Shown: positions 47,043 through 56,662, numbered from the stretch's first letter. The stretch is 64,000 nt of DNA from Kofleriaceae bacterium (GCA_048500355.1 JASNYD010000004.1:128001-192000), one strand, 5' to 3'. The notes: generated from the sequence alone by a model not told the origin. Made by a program: numbers and translations.

Positions 47043-47675
47043 CTACTCGACCGCGACCGCGACCGTGCCGGCGAGGGTGCCGGTGACCTCGTCCATGATC
47101 GCGCCGCAGGTCCGCACCAGCGGCACGGTGCCGCTCAGCTCGAGGGCGTAGCCGCCGGGGTGCGCGCCGCCGTCGCAGTACCCCGCGAAGCGCGCCGTGC
47201 CCGCGGGCTCGCGGGTGACGTCCTTCTGCACCGTGCAGCCGCCGGCGAGCGCGGCGCTGGTGTCGATCACCATGGCCCGGTCCTCGGCCCGCGGCGGGAC
47301 CCGGCTCGGCACCAGCGCGACCGGGTCGGCGCCGAGCAGGTCGGGTCGGGGCAGGCACAGGGTCAGGGCCTGGCTGCCGCCGGTCTGGGTGCCGTGGACC
47401 GAGACGCTGATCACGCCGGCGCCGCTGATCGTGCAGTCGTTGTTCACCGACGCGGTGAAGCCGCCGTAGGCGACGGTCTCGCCCTCGACCGTGAGCGTGA
47501 CGCCGGCGGCGGGCGCGCCGCCCGGACCGCAGTCGTCGTCGCCAGGGCAGCCGGCGCCGGCCACGGCGAGGCCGCCGACCAGCGCGGCGAGCGCGCCCGG
47601 CGCGCCCGGCGCGCGACGCCGGGGCGTCCCGGGACGACGACGGTCAGTACGAGATCGGGATGATGAGCGCGGCAT
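47043..47675 (-). CDS. Hypothetical Cys-rich lipoprotein
   Basis: LVGGLAVAGAGCPGDDDC lipobox. 210 aa. Overlaps the DUF3570 gene end by ~30 nt. Confidence 0.45.
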   Translation of the reverse strand: MPRSSSRSRTDRRRPGTPRRRAPGAPGALAALVGGLAVAGAGCPGDDDCGPGGAPAAGVTLTVEGETVAYGGFTASVNNDCTISGAGVISVSVHGTQTGGSQALTLCLPRPDLLGADPVALVPSRVPPRAEDRAMVIDTSAALAGGCTVQKDVTREPAGTARFAGYCDGGAHPGGYALELSGTVPLVRTCGAIMDEVTGTLAGTVAVAVE

Positions 47676-48744
47676 GGGCCACCAGAGCGTTGCCGAAACG
47701 GTTGTTCTGGTCGACGTACTCGATCACGAGCTGGCCGCGGACCTCGCCCAGCCGCCCCGCCAGGCCCACGGCCTCGCCCGCGACCTCGAGCTGGGCCGCC
47801 ATGGTGTGGCTGTCGAAGGCCGACAGCTTGACGTCGTCGGACAGGAACTCGGGCGAGGCCGAGGCGTAGCGCGGCTCGTAGAAGTACGCCGCGTCCTGGC
47901 GGTGGTAGCGGTAGCGGACGCCGAACACCGCGCTGTCGCCGACGTCCTGGTAGACCCGCAGCTCGGGGGTGTGGCCGTCGATCTGCCAGTCATCGCGGTA
48001 GTAGCGGTAGCTGGCGATGACGGTCGTGAGCGACGACGGCACGAAGGCCTTGAGCGAGCTCGCGACCGCGTGCCGGACCCGGGTCCGCGGGTGGCGCTCG
48101 GCGACGAGCATGCCCTCGGCGATCACCGCCCGGTACAGGTTGGCCTGCTCGCCGTCGAGGTAGCCGAGGTCGTAGGTGACCGCGCCGATCAGGTTCGGGC
48201 TCAGGACCTGCGCCACGCTCAGCGAGCCCAGGTACGTGGTCAGGGTGTCCTCGCGGCGCGGCACCATGGGCGGCGCGCCGGCGTTGGAGATCGCGTCGTG
48301 GCCGACGGTGGCGCCGACGGTCACGGTCAGGTTGCGGTCGAACAGCTCGGCGGCGCCGCGCACGCCGGCGAAGGTCGAGGTGTAGTCGGGCTCGCTCGAG
48401 TAGCGCACGAGGCCGCCGAGCTTGTAGACGCCGAGCTCGTGGCTGTAGCCGGCGCCACCCTCGACGCGGCGCTCGCTGAAGGCGGCGCCGTCGTTGCCGG
48501 CGGCGATCGAGGCCGAGGTGATGGCGTCGACCAGGAGGTGACCGACGGCCTGGCCGTGATCGCCGACGTCGAAGCGGCCGTCGAGCATCGGCTGCATGAC
48601 ACGGGTGGCGCGCTCCTTGTAGTAGACGCCGCGCATCGTCAGCTCGCCGTCGGCGCGCGCCGGGCTGGCCCCGCCGATCGCGAGCGCCAGGGCGAGCGCG
48701 GCCAGCCCCGCCAGGCTGGACGGCCGGTTCAGTTGCATCCGCAC
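47644..48744 (-). CDS. DUF3570-like outer-membrane beta-barrel protein
   Basis: Signal peptide LAGLAALALALAIGGASPARA. Alternating amphipathic beta-strands, aromatic C-terminus. Paired with an upstream DUF4266-type lipoprotein, as I recall for this family. Confidence 0.55.
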   Translation of the reverse strand: MRMQLNRPSSLAGLAALALALAIGGASPARADGELTMRGVYYKERATRVMQPMLDGRFDVGDHGQAVGHLLVDAITSASIAAGNDGAAFSERRVEGGAGYSHELGVYKLGGLVRYSSEPDYTSTFAGVRGAAELFDRNLTVTVGATVGHDAISNAGAPPMVPRREDTLTTYLGSLSVAQVLSPNLIGAVTYDLGYLDGEQANLYRAVIAEGMLVAERHPRTRVRHAVASSLKAFVPSSLTTVIASYRYYRDDWQIDGHTPELRVYQDVGDSAVFGVRYRYHRQDAAYFYEPRYASASPEFLSDDVKLSAFDSHTMAAQLEVAGEAVGLAGRLGEVRGQLVIEYVDQNNRFGNALVAHAALIIPISY

Positions 48745-48944
48745 CCGCCGCCGGGCTCGCCGGTCCCGCCGTCGGCGCCCTCGCGGGACCCCGTCTGGTG
48801 CTGGATGAAGCGGCCGTGGCCGGGCTGACGATCTTCGGTCATCGTTCGCCGGGCCAGGTTCTGCCGCTCGTGAGGACGGACGACCGCGCAGCCGGCGGTC
48901 GCGAGGTAGAGAGTCGCGGCGAAGGCGACGCCAAGGCGCAGCAC
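48729..48944 (-). CDS. DUF4266-like small lipoprotein (C-terminal GGGCGCN)
   Basis: 71 aa. Lipobox LATAGCA. Terminal GEPGGGCGCN matches my recollection of the DUF4266 C-terminus. 16-nt overlap with the DUF3570 gene. Confidence 0.55.
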   Translation of the reverse strand: MLRLGVAFAATLYLATAGCAVVRPHERQNLARRTMTEDRQPGHGRFIQHQTGSREGADGGTGEPGGGCGCN

Positions 48945-49012
48945 GGATCGTATCCTATCACCCCGACGTGCCTCGCCATCCCCACCGACGCTCGCATCTC
49001 GCGCTGCGACCG

Positions 49013-49537
49013 ATGACCACGGTCGTCGCCGCGACCCTCGCCGCGGCCGGACCGGCGTGCGGCCCCGCCGCGCGCGGCGCGGGGCCGGCGCCGATGCCCG
49101 CCGTGCCGCCGGCGTTCCCCGCGATCGAGGACGTCACCGCCGAGCTGGGTCCGTTCGTCGTGACCGTGGCGGGGCGCACACCGCCGGTCGAGCCGCCGCC
49201 CTCCCCGGACGACGCGCCAGCGTCGCCCGCGCCGGCGGGCAGCGACCACGCCGCGCTGGTCGCGCCGGTCACGGCGCGGCTGCCCGAGGTCCAGGACTGC
49301 TACGCGCGGGCGCTCGAGGGCGAACCGACCCTGGCCGGGGCGCTCGACCTCCTGCTCGAGATCGATCCGGGCGGCGTGGTCCTGGGCGCGAGCACCACGC
49401 CGCCGCCGGGCGAGGAGGGCCTGGCCGCGGTCGCGGGTTGCGTCGAGGCGCGGAGCCGGGCGTGGCCGCTGCCCGCGCGGCCGCGCGCCGGCGTCGCCCG
49501 GGTCACGATCCGCTTCGTGCTCACGCCAGCGGAGTGA
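49013..49537 (+). CDS. Lipoprotein with AgmX/PglI-type (TonB-C-like) C-terminal domain
   Basis: MTTVVAATLAAAGPACG lipobox, Pro-rich linker. C-terminal VQDCYARALEGEPTLAGALDLLLEIDPGGVV...VAGCVE...VTIRFVL resembles the myxobacterial AgmX/PglI C-terminal domain. Confidence 0.55.
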   Translation: MTTVVAATLAAAGPACGPAARGAGPAPMPAVPPAFPAIEDVTAELGPFVVTVAGRTPPVEPPPSPDDAPASPAPAGSDHAALVAPVTARLPEVQDCYARALEGEPTLAGALDLLLEIDPGGVVLGASTTPPPGEEGLAAVAGCVEARSRAWPLPARPRAGVARVTIRFVLTPAE

Positions 49538-51056
49538 GCGGCGCGTCGCCGCCGCCGCCAGCCCCCGGGGCCCCGGGGCCGTCGGCCGCGCGCTCGAGCC
49601 GGGCGTGATCGGCGACGAAGCGGCGGGCGATCGAGACCCGGCGACCGTGACCGGGATCGATCGAGGCGGCGACCGGATCGTCGGCGCGGGCCAGGAACTC
49701 GCGCAGGGCCCGGGCGCAGGCGCGCAGCTCGCCGGCGCGATGGGCGGCGGCGGCCACGTTCCAGTGGTGGAGCGGCCACGCCGGCTCGAGGCGCGCGGCG
49801 CGCTCGAGCTGGCGCAGCGCCGCCGCCAGCTCGCCCTGGGCCAGGAGGCACAGGCCCAGGCTCGACACCGCCTCGGCGTCGTCGGGCGCGCCGGCGACGT
49901 AGTGCTCGAGCAGCGGGCGGGCGCGCAGGCTGTCGCCGGCGGCGAGCAGGTCGACCGCGCGACCGAGCAGGGCCGCCGGCTCGCCGGCCTTGCCGTTGAC
50001 GACGTGGCCGTCGGTGATCCCGAGCAGGTCGCGGCCGAGGTAGTAGGCGCTGGGCAGCGCGCCGCCGCCGCTGACGGTGCGCCGCGCCGCGGTCCCGACC
50101 AGGCGGCGCGCCGCCGGCGCCGAGATCGTGAAGCGCTCGTAGCCCGCGGCCTCGAGCGGGGTGACCACGTCCTCGCGCAGGCTGGCCAGGGTGGCGTCGT
50201 CGCGGTAGTGGGCGGTCGTGATGGTGCCGGCCGGGTCGCACAGCACGCACAGGAAGCGCCAGCGCCGGCGCGTCGGCACGCCGGACGGCGGCGGGCTGCG
50301 GCGGGCGACCGCGACCACGGTCCGCCCGTCGGGGTGACGCAGACCGGCGAGGAGCGCCGGCCGCCCCAGGGGCCGGGCCGCCGGCGGCGGACAGCTCAGG
50401 CGCAGCGGCGCGGCGATCCGGAGCAGCTCGCTGCGCGTCGCCACGTCGAGCTCGACGCGCGCGCACAGCTCATCGGCGAGGCGGCGGGCGCCGTCCGGGC
50501 TGGCCTCGGCGAAGGCCTCGACGAACTGGACGAGCTCGTCGCCGGGCAGGCGCGAGACCAGCAGCTCGGCGGCGCTGGCGACGTCGGCGGCGGAGTCGAG
50601 CTGGGTCGCGAAGCGCAGGAGCGACTGCTGGTGGACCCGCGCGGGATCGACGAAACGCGCGGTGGCGGTCTCGTCGCCGAGCTCGGCCAGGAGCCCGAGC
50701 GCCGCCAGCTTGGCGTCGTCGCCGGCCGCGCCGGCGGTGACCTCGCCGAGCGCCGCCCGCACCCGGTCGGCCACGGCCTCGGCGAGCGCGCGCAGGAGCG
50801 CCACCGCCCAGGCCCGGCGCTCGGGGTCGGCGGCGCCGGCCAGCGCGCGCGCGCACAGCGGGACGGCGGTGGCCCCGAGCGTGCGGGCGAGGTCGAGCAG
50901 CACCCGCTCCTCGGTGGAGGTGCGCGGTCGATCGAAGCTGGCGCGCAGGCGGTGCAGCCCGGCCCACGAGCCCGACACGCCCTCGACGCCCGTCCGCCGG
51001 TCTCCCCCCGAGCCTCCGGAACCGGAGGCCGCGCCGCGTGACCCCGCGTTGCCCAT
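49521..51056 (-). CDS. Hypothetical TPR-like repeat protein
   Basis: 511-aa ORF. Helical repeat content (ALLEHYVAGAPDDAEAVSSLGLCLLAQGELAAALRQLERAARLEP). Gly-rich N-terminus. Confidence 0.5.
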   Translation of the reverse strand: MGNAGSRGAASGSGGSGGDRRTGVEGVSGSWAGLHRLRASFDRPRTSTEERVLLDLARTLGATAVPLCARALAGAADPERRAWAVALLRALAEAVADRVRAALGEVTAGAAGDDAKLAALGLLAELGDETATARFVDPARVHQQSLLRFATQLDSAADVASAAELLVSRLPGDELVQFVEAFAEASPDGARRLADELCARVELDVATRSELLRIAAPLRLSCPPPAARPLGRPALLAGLRHPDGRTVVAVARRSPPPSGVPTRRRWRFLCVLCDPAGTITTAHYRDDATLASLREDVVTPLEAAGYERFTISAPAARRLVGTAARRTVSGGGALPSAYYLGRDLLGITDGHVVNGKAGEPAALLGRAVDLLAAGDSLRARPLLEHYVAGAPDDAEAVSSLGLCLLAQGELAAALRQLERAARLEPAWPLHHWNVAAAAHRAGELRACARALREFLARADDPVAASIDPGHGRRVSIARRFVADHARLERAADGPGAPGAGGGGDAPLTPLA

Positions 51057-51235
51057 CGATCTGCCTGACGGTACGGCCGCGATCGATCCGGGTCAATTCG
51101 CCGGCGGGCGAGCGCCGGCGGCGCGAGATCCCGCCAGGGCCAGGGGCCGGCGCCGATGTGGGTCACGTGCCCACCAGCGCGGCGCCGCCCGCGCACCGCC
51201 CCGCTTTACTCGCGAGGGCGAGGCCACGTAGCCTC

Positions 51236-52060
51236 GTGATCGTGGCGAAGACCGAGTCCACGGCTGTCACCCGCCTCATCGAGCTGGCGCAGCAGCGGCC
51301 GGTCGCCGTCGACCTCGACTGGTTCCAGCCGCCGCGACCGCGCCGGCTGCCGCGCGAGGAGGTGACCCAGGTCGTGCGCGTCGCACGGCGGGTCGTCGCC
51401 TCGCCCGCCGCCGTCCTCGGCGCCTTCGTCGCCGGCATGCTCACGGTCGCGATCACGACGCTGGTGGTGCGCACCAGCCCGCCGCCCACGCCCGCCCCGG
51501 CGCTCACCGCCGCGCCCGCCACCGTCGTCGAGCCCGCGCTCGCATCCGCCTCCGCCGTCGAGCTCTCCCCGACGACCGTGGTCGCCCCCGCCCCCGATCC
51601 CGCCCCCGCCGTCGCGCCCGCCTCCGATCCCGATCCCGATCCCGCCCCCGCGATCGTCGTCACCCCCGATCCCGTGACCGTCGTCGCCTCCGCGCCCGCG
51701 GCCTCCGCCCCCGCGGCTCCCGCCCGCGCCCCCGCGCCCCGCGCCCCGCCGACCCCCGCCGCCGAGCCCCGCCCCACCCGCCGGGCCGCCGCCATCTCCG
51801 GGCGTCCCCGCCCCCGCCCGCCGGCCGCGGCGCCGACCAGCCCCGGGCTGGCCGAGCTGCGCATCAACAGCAAGCCGCCGTGCGAGCTCTACGTCGACGG
51901 CCGCCGCATCGGCTGGACCCCGCAGCGCGGGATCGCGGTGGCGCCCGGCCGCCGCACGATCGTCTTCCGCAACCGCGAGCACGGCGTCGAGCGCAAGGTC
52001 CTGGTCGACGTCGAGGCCGGCCAGGTCCACCGCCTCATCCGCGACTTCACCGAGCCCTGA
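51236..52060 (+). CDS. Hypothetical membrane-anchored protein with Pro/Ala/Asp-rich linker and C-terminal PEGA-like domain
   Basis: GTG start VIVAKTE. TM LGAFVAGMLTVAITTLVV, DPDPDPAPA low complexity. C-terminal LRINSKPPCELYVDGRRIGWTPQRGIAVAPGRRTIVFRNREHGVERKVLVDV. Confidence 0.5.
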   Translation: MIVAKTESTAVTRLIELAQQRPVAVDLDWFQPPRPRRLPREEVTQVVRVARRVVASPAAVLGAFVAGMLTVAITTLVVRTSPPPTPAPALTAAPATVVEPALASASAVELSPTTVVAPAPDPAPAVAPASDPDPDPAPAIVVTPDPVTVVASAPAASAPAAPARAPAPRAPPTPAAEPRPTRRAAAISGRPRPRPPAAAPTSPGLAELRINSKPPCELYVDGRRIGWTPQRGIAVAPGRRTIVFRNREHGVERKVLVDVEAGQVHRLIRDFTEP

Positions 52061-52114
52061 CCGGGCGCCGTCGCGCGGACGTCACCGGGCGCGCGGCGCC
52101 GGGGGGCGCGGGGT

Positions 52115-52555
52115 TCACCGGGGCCGAGGCGCGGCCAGGTCGCGGAGCCAGAACGTCATCGGCTTGGGTGTGTCGGCGGCCTCGCCGACGTCCCGCCACG
52201 CGAAGGTGGTCGTGATGTCCGGTCTCCGGACGAAGCCCCGGCCAGTCCAGAACCGATCATGCCCGACGTGACCCGGCGGGCGCCGCGGATCGTCGGCGGC
52301 GCGCTCGACCGCGCAGAACGCGGCCCAGCGGTAGCCGAGGCGGCGAGCGTGGGCCTCGCGCTCGTCGAAGAAGCGGTGGCCGAGGCCGTGGCCGCGGCGG
52401 TCCGCGCGCAGCACGCTCTCGCCGAAGTAGTAGACCTGCGACGGATCGAGGCCGCCCGCGGCCAGGGCCGGCGCCACCTCGTCGGCGTGGGCCGTGACCG
52501 GCACCGCGGTCGACGCGCCGATGATCTGGTCGCCGTCGAAGGCGAGCGCCACCAT
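52115..52555 (-). CDS. GNAT family acetyltransferase (homology continues upstream of the first canonical start)
   Basis: QVYYFGESVLRADRRGHGLGHRFFDEREAHARRLGY is an acetyl-CoA-binding-type motif. The in-frame upstream translation (ALRVASYTGDAVTPFIPAIAALRIEVFREWPYLYEGS...) looks like the GNAT N-half but has no ATG/GTG/TTG. Confidence 0.55.
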   Translation of the reverse strand: MVALAFDGDQIIGASTAVPVTAHADEVAPALAAGGLDPSQVYYFGESVLRADRRGHGLGHRFFDEREAHARRLGYRWAAFCAVERAADDPRRPPGHVGHDRFWTGRGFVRRPDITTTFAWRDVGEAADTPKPMTFWLRDLAAPRPR

Positions 52556-52799
52556 CGCGCCCGGCCCGGTGTAGCCGGCGAGGTAGCGCTCCTCGTACGC
52601 CCGCGAGCCCTCGTACAGGTAGGGCCACTCGCGGAAGACCTCGATGCGCAGGGCCGCGATCGCCGGGATGAAGGGCGTGACCGCGTCGCCGGTGTACGAC
52701 GCGACGCGCAGGGCACCGGGAGCGACGGGCGGGGCGACGGGCGGGGCGATGATCGAGCCTACCCCACGCGCGCCGGCGCCGGCGCGGCCCGGCCCGGGA

Positions 52800-54134
52800 T
52801 CAGGACGCGGCCTCGAGGGCGCGCGCCGGCGGCGCCTGCGCCGGCAGCTCGACCGTGAACACCGAGCCCTTGCCCACCACGCTCTCGACCCGGATGCTGC
52901 CGCCGAGCAGGTCGCACAGCCGCTTGACCAGGGCCAGGCCGAGGCCGACGCCGCCGTAGGTCCGCTCGTCGCCGGCGTCGAGCTGGCGGAACGCCTCGAA
53001 GATGGCCTGGTACTTGTCGTCGGGGATGCCGATGCCGGTGTCCTCGACCGCCAGCGTGAAGCGATCGCCGCGGCGGCCGGCCCGGATCCGCACCACCCCG
53101 CGCTCGGGGGTGAACTTGGCGGCGTTGGCGACCAGGTTGACCAGGATGTGGCCGAGCAGACGACGGTCGCTCTCGACGGTGGCGTCGTCGACGTCGACCT
53201 CGAGCCGCAGGTGCTTGGTCGTCAGCATCCACTGCACCGAGCCCGTGACCTGCTCGACCACCTCGCGCAGCGCGACCGGCGTCCACCGCACCTCGAGCCG
53301 GCCGACGTCGGCCTTGACCAGGGACAGGAGGTCGTCGATGAGGTGGAGCAGCGCCTGGGCGTTGCGCTTGATCGTGGCCGCCGCCTCGCGCTGCTTGTCG
53401 CCGACCGGGCCGTAGACGCCGCTGGCGATCAGCTCGGCCATGCCCTGCACGCCGTGGATCGGGGTCCGCAGCTCGTGGGTCACCGAGGCCAGGAACACGC
53501 TCTTCTGCTTGCCGGCCTCGATCAGCTCGGCGGTGCGGGCCTCGAGCGCCTGCTCGCGGTCGCGCAGCCGGCGCATGATGCGCGACGTGAAGATGGTGGG
53601 CACGCCGATCGCGAACGAGGCGAACACCAGGTAGAGGATGACGTGCCAGCCCTCCATCGGGCCGGCGGCGAGGTGCTGGGTCGGCGGCAGCACGCCCTGC
53701 CAGACCAGCACGCACATCGTGCCGTAGAGGGCGACGATGCCGCCGGCGGTGAGCAGCGTGGTGCCCAGGTTCGAGAGCAGCGCCATCACCGCCACCTCGA
53801 TGACGTAGACGGCGATGAGCATGCTGCCGGGCCCGCCGGTGTAGTAGACGCCGGCGGTCATGCACAGCACGTCGGCCGTGATGTTGAGCGTCATCAGCTC
53901 GAGCGCCAGCCGCCAGCGCCGGGCCAGCGCCACCAGGCACAGCGTGTTGATCGCGACCTTGGTGGCGACGATGAGCCCGAACTCGAGCCCGTAGGGCGAG
54001 ATCTCGAACACGACCGCGGCGGCGGCGAGGAGGCCGAAGCCGACGACGATCAGGTAGCCGGTCCAGATCCCGGCCCACAGCTTGGGCCGGTTCTCCTCGC
54101 GGCGCAGCTCCTCGACGAAGGGCGGGAGCCACAT
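52800..54134 (-). CDS. Membrane sensor histidine kinase (HisKA + HATPase_c)
   Basis: ~5 TM N-domain. H-box SVTHELRTPIHGV, N/G boxes (NLVANAAKFT, DTGIGIP, GGVGLGLALV). Confidence 0.9.
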   Translation of the reverse strand: MWLPPFVEELRREENRPKLWAGIWTGYLIVVGFGLLAAAAVVFEISPYGLEFGLIVATKVAINTLCLVALARRWRLALELMTLNITADVLCMTAGVYYTGGPGSMLIAVYVIEVAVMALLSNLGTTLLTAGGIVALYGTMCVLVWQGVLPPTQHLAAGPMEGWHVILYLVFASFAIGVPTIFTSRIMRRLRDREQALEARTAELIEAGKQKSVFLASVTHELRTPIHGVQGMAELIASGVYGPVGDKQREAAATIKRNAQALLHLIDDLLSLVKADVGRLEVRWTPVALREVVEQVTGSVQWMLTTKHLRLEVDVDDATVESDRRLLGHILVNLVANAAKFTPERGVVRIRAGRRGDRFTLAVEDTGIGIPDDKYQAIFEAFRQLDAGDERTYGGVGLGLALVKRLCDLLGGSIRVESVVGKGSVFTVELPAQAPPARALEAAS

Positions 54135-54144
54135 GCCGTCGCGC

Positions 54145-54540
54145 TCAGGCCGCGGGGCCGGCCGCGCCGGCGTCGCCGATCAGCCCCCGCACGCGCGCCA
54201 GGAGCTCGCTCAGATCGAAGGGCTTGGCCAGGTAGCCGGAGGCCAGGCTGGGCGCGGCCAGACGGTCTTGCTCGTCGCGTGGCGAGTAGACCGCGCTCAT
54301 GAGGAGGACCGGCACCTTCTCGCCCTCGGGGGTGCGCTTGATCTCGAAGCACACCTCGAAGCCGTTCTTGCGCGGGAGCTGCACGTCGACCAGCATCAGG
54401 TCGGGGCGCTCCTTCCAGAACGACGCCACCCCCTCCGGTCCGGTGGCCGCGCCCCGCGTCGCGTAGCCGTGGGCGGCGAGGAAGTCGGACAGGATCTGGA
54501 GGTTGACCGGATCGTCCTCGACCACGAGGATCTTCTTCAC
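54145..54540 (-). CDS. Single-domain response regulator (REC)
   Basis: GTG start VKKILVVEDDPVNLQ ... LMLVDVQLPRKNGFEV ... LLMSAVYS ... AKPFD. C-terminal 131 aa of ORF 54145..55728. 10 bp upstream of the HK gene. Confidence 0.85.
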   Translation of the reverse strand: MKKILVVEDDPVNLQILSDFLAAHGYATRGAATGPEGVASFWKERPDLMLVDVQLPRKNGFEVCFEIKRTPEGEKVPVLLMSAVYSPRDEQDRLAAPSLASGYLAKPFDLSELLARVRGLIGDAGAAGPAA

Positions 54541-54605
54541 GCGCTGCTCCGGGGCTGGACCTCCCCAGCGTAGCACGCGCGTTCGCGGTGGCGGCCGCGT
54601 TCGGC

Positions 54606-55772
54606 TCACCCGGGTAGGGTGTGGTGGGAGACGCGCGCCCCCGCGCTCAGCTCGGGCGCCTCCGCCGTGGGCGCCGGCTCGATCACCAGCACGTCGCCGC
54701 GGCGGGCCCGCTCGAGGTCGCGGTTGGTGGCGCCGCGGTGGCGCTTGAGCAGGCGGGCCGGGATCCAGCCGGCGGCGCCGCACAGGGTCAGCTCCAGCTT
54801 GCCCTTGGTGGCGTGCGGATCGTCGACGACGCGCAGCGCCGCGGTCGCCGCTGGCGCCGCCGCCGGACGGCACAGCGCCAGGTACGCGAGCTTCATGTCG
54901 CCGTCGCGCAGGCCGGTGACCTGGGCGAGCTGGCGGGCCCGGGGCGGCAGGCGCAGCGGCCGGTGGTCGTGGCACCAGTCGGTGGCCGCGGCCAGGGCCG
55001 GGCACGGCGCCTCCCGCCGCGTGCACGGCGCGAGCACCACCGCGTGGCCGCCGGCGATCAGCGCGTCGCGCGCCGCGTGCAGCGTCCGGGTGGTGACGCG
55101 CAGCGCTGGTTCGACCACGATCAGCACCCCGGCCGGGGCCAGCACCTCGATCATGGCCGCCGCCACCGGCGCCGGCGCGGTCAGCTCGTTGAGCACCGAC
55201 CCGGCCACCACCAGGTCGAACCCGCCGCGCGGCAGCGGCGCGGTGACGTCCGCCGCGCGGACCTCGACGGCGATGGCGAGCCCGAGCGCCCGGGCGACCG
55301 CGGTCACCGCGCGCTCGGCCAGCGCCAGCGCCTCGCGATCGCGATCGAGCAAGGTCACCACCAGCCGCGGCGCCGCCGGGCGCGCCGCCAGGAACGTGCA
55401 CAGCCCCAGCGTCATCGCGCCGCAGCCGGCGCCGACGTCGAGCACGCGCAGGACGTCGCCGGTCAGGAAGCCGGCCGGCGCGGGCAGGACCGGCGCGGCG
55501 TCGCCGACCCCGGCGAGCTCGCGCAGCGGCAGGTGCAGCTTGGCGGCGTCGGCGACGGTGAAGAACAGCGCGCGCGCGGCGAGGTCGGCGGCGGTGGCCC
55601 GCTCGCCGCCGGGCGCGGCCAGGCGCTCGCGCTCGCTGGTGTAGCGCCGCGAGCGATCGATCACGGCCGCGGTCAGCGCTGGACCGCCGAGGAGCTCGGC
55701 CGGCAGGCGCGCGCGCGCCGCGGCCCACAGCGCGTCCTCGACCACCGCCGCGACCTCGAAGCCGGCGGTCAC
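54606..55772 (-). CDS. SAM-dependent methyltransferase, Rsm22-like family
   Basis: VLDVGAGCGAMTLGL SAM motif, DLVVAGSVLNEL. C-terminal Cys cluster (CTRREAPCPA...CHDH). GTG start at 55772 overlapping the upstream lipoprotein stop (GTGA). Confidence 0.6.
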   Translation of the reverse strand: MTAGFEVAAVVEDALWAAARARLPAELLGGPALTAAVIDRSRRYTSERERLAAPGGERATAADLAARALFFTVADAAKLHLPLRELAGVGDAAPVLPAPAGFLTGDVLRVLDVGAGCGAMTLGLCTFLAARPAAPRLVVTLLDRDREALALAERAVTAVARALGLAIAVEVRAADVTAPLPRGGFDLVVAGSVLNELTAPAPVAAAMIEVLAPAGVLIVVEPALRVTTRTLHAARDALIAGGHAVVLAPCTRREAPCPALAAATDWCHDHRPLRLPPRARQLAQVTGLRDGDMKLAYLALCRPAAAPAATAALRVVDDPHATKGKLELTLCGAAGWIPARLLKRHRGATNRDLERARRGDVLVIEPAPTAEAPELSAGARVSHHTLPG

Positions 55773-56662
55773 GGCGCCGGCGCCAGGGTCACGATCGCCT
55801 CGACCGCGCCGCCGCCGGCGACCACGACCTCCGCGCTGCCGCCCACCGCCGGCTGTCCAGCCGCGGGCGGCAGCCAGGCGATCGCGCGGTACCTGCCGGG
55901 CGGGACCTCGCCGAGCGCGACCGCGCCGATCTCGTCGCTGATCCCGGCGTGAGCGTGGGGCGCGACCAGCACCCAGGCGGCGTCGGCGCGATCGGCGCTG
56001 ATCCGGATCGCGCCCGGCTCGTCGACGGTGACCGCCGCGGTGTGACCGACCACCGGCAGGTGCGCCCGCGCCAGGCGCTCGGCCCGCGGCGCGCCGTCGC
56101 CGCCCTGCCACGGCTGGCCGAGGTGCTCGACGACGATCACGTGAGCCCCGTCCTGGCTCTGGACCTCGACGGCGGCGCCCGGCCGCGCCAGCGCCGCCAC
56201 CGGCTCGAGCGCGCAGTCGCGGACGGTCAACCGCAGGTCGCGGGCCGGGGGCGGCGCCGCCGCGCCGGCGGGCCCGCCCTCGAGCACGACCATCGCGCCG
56301 GCCACGCCGTGCAGGGTGTGGACGCGCGCGCGCGGCGGCCGCGGCGTGTGGCACGGGGTGTAGCCCGGCGAGGCCCGCGCCGACGCCGGCGCGTCCGGCC
56401 AGTGCACCTTGATCGTCACGGTCGCCGGCCCCGGTGGCCCCGCCGCGGCCGCGCCGCCGGTCGCGGTGGACGCCGTCGCGTCGGCGACCAGGCCGGCGTC
56501 CCCGGCGTCGCGCCACGCCGCCGGCGCGCCGTTCCCTCGCCCCTGGCCGCGGCAACCGGCGAGCGCGAGCGCGAGCGCGCCGACCCCGACCGCGCCCGCG
56601 ACGGCGCCGAACCGCGCGCGCCGCCCGGACCGCGATCGCCGCGTCGCCGCCGTCAGCGCCAC
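55769..56662 (-). CDS. Hypothetical lipoprotein
   Basis: VGALALALAGCRGQG lipobox. His-rich segments (HWPD, CHTP, HTLHG, HAHAG). 297 aa from a GTG at 56662. Overlaps the hemY end by 10 nt. Confidence 0.45.
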   Translation of the reverse strand: MALTAATRRSRSGRRARFGAVAGAVGVGALALALAGCRGQGRGNGAPAAWRDAGDAGLVADATASTATGGAAAAGPPGPATVTIKVHWPDAPASARASPGYTPCHTPRPPRARVHTLHGVAGAMVVLEGGPAGAAAPPPARDLRLTVRDCALEPVAALARPGAAVEVQSQDGAHVIVVEHLGQPWQGGDGAPRAERLARAHLPVVGHTAAVTVDEPGAIRISADRADAAWVLVAPHAHAGISDEIGAVALGEVPPGRYRAIAWLPPAAGQPAVGGSAEVVVAGGGAVEAIVTLAPAP

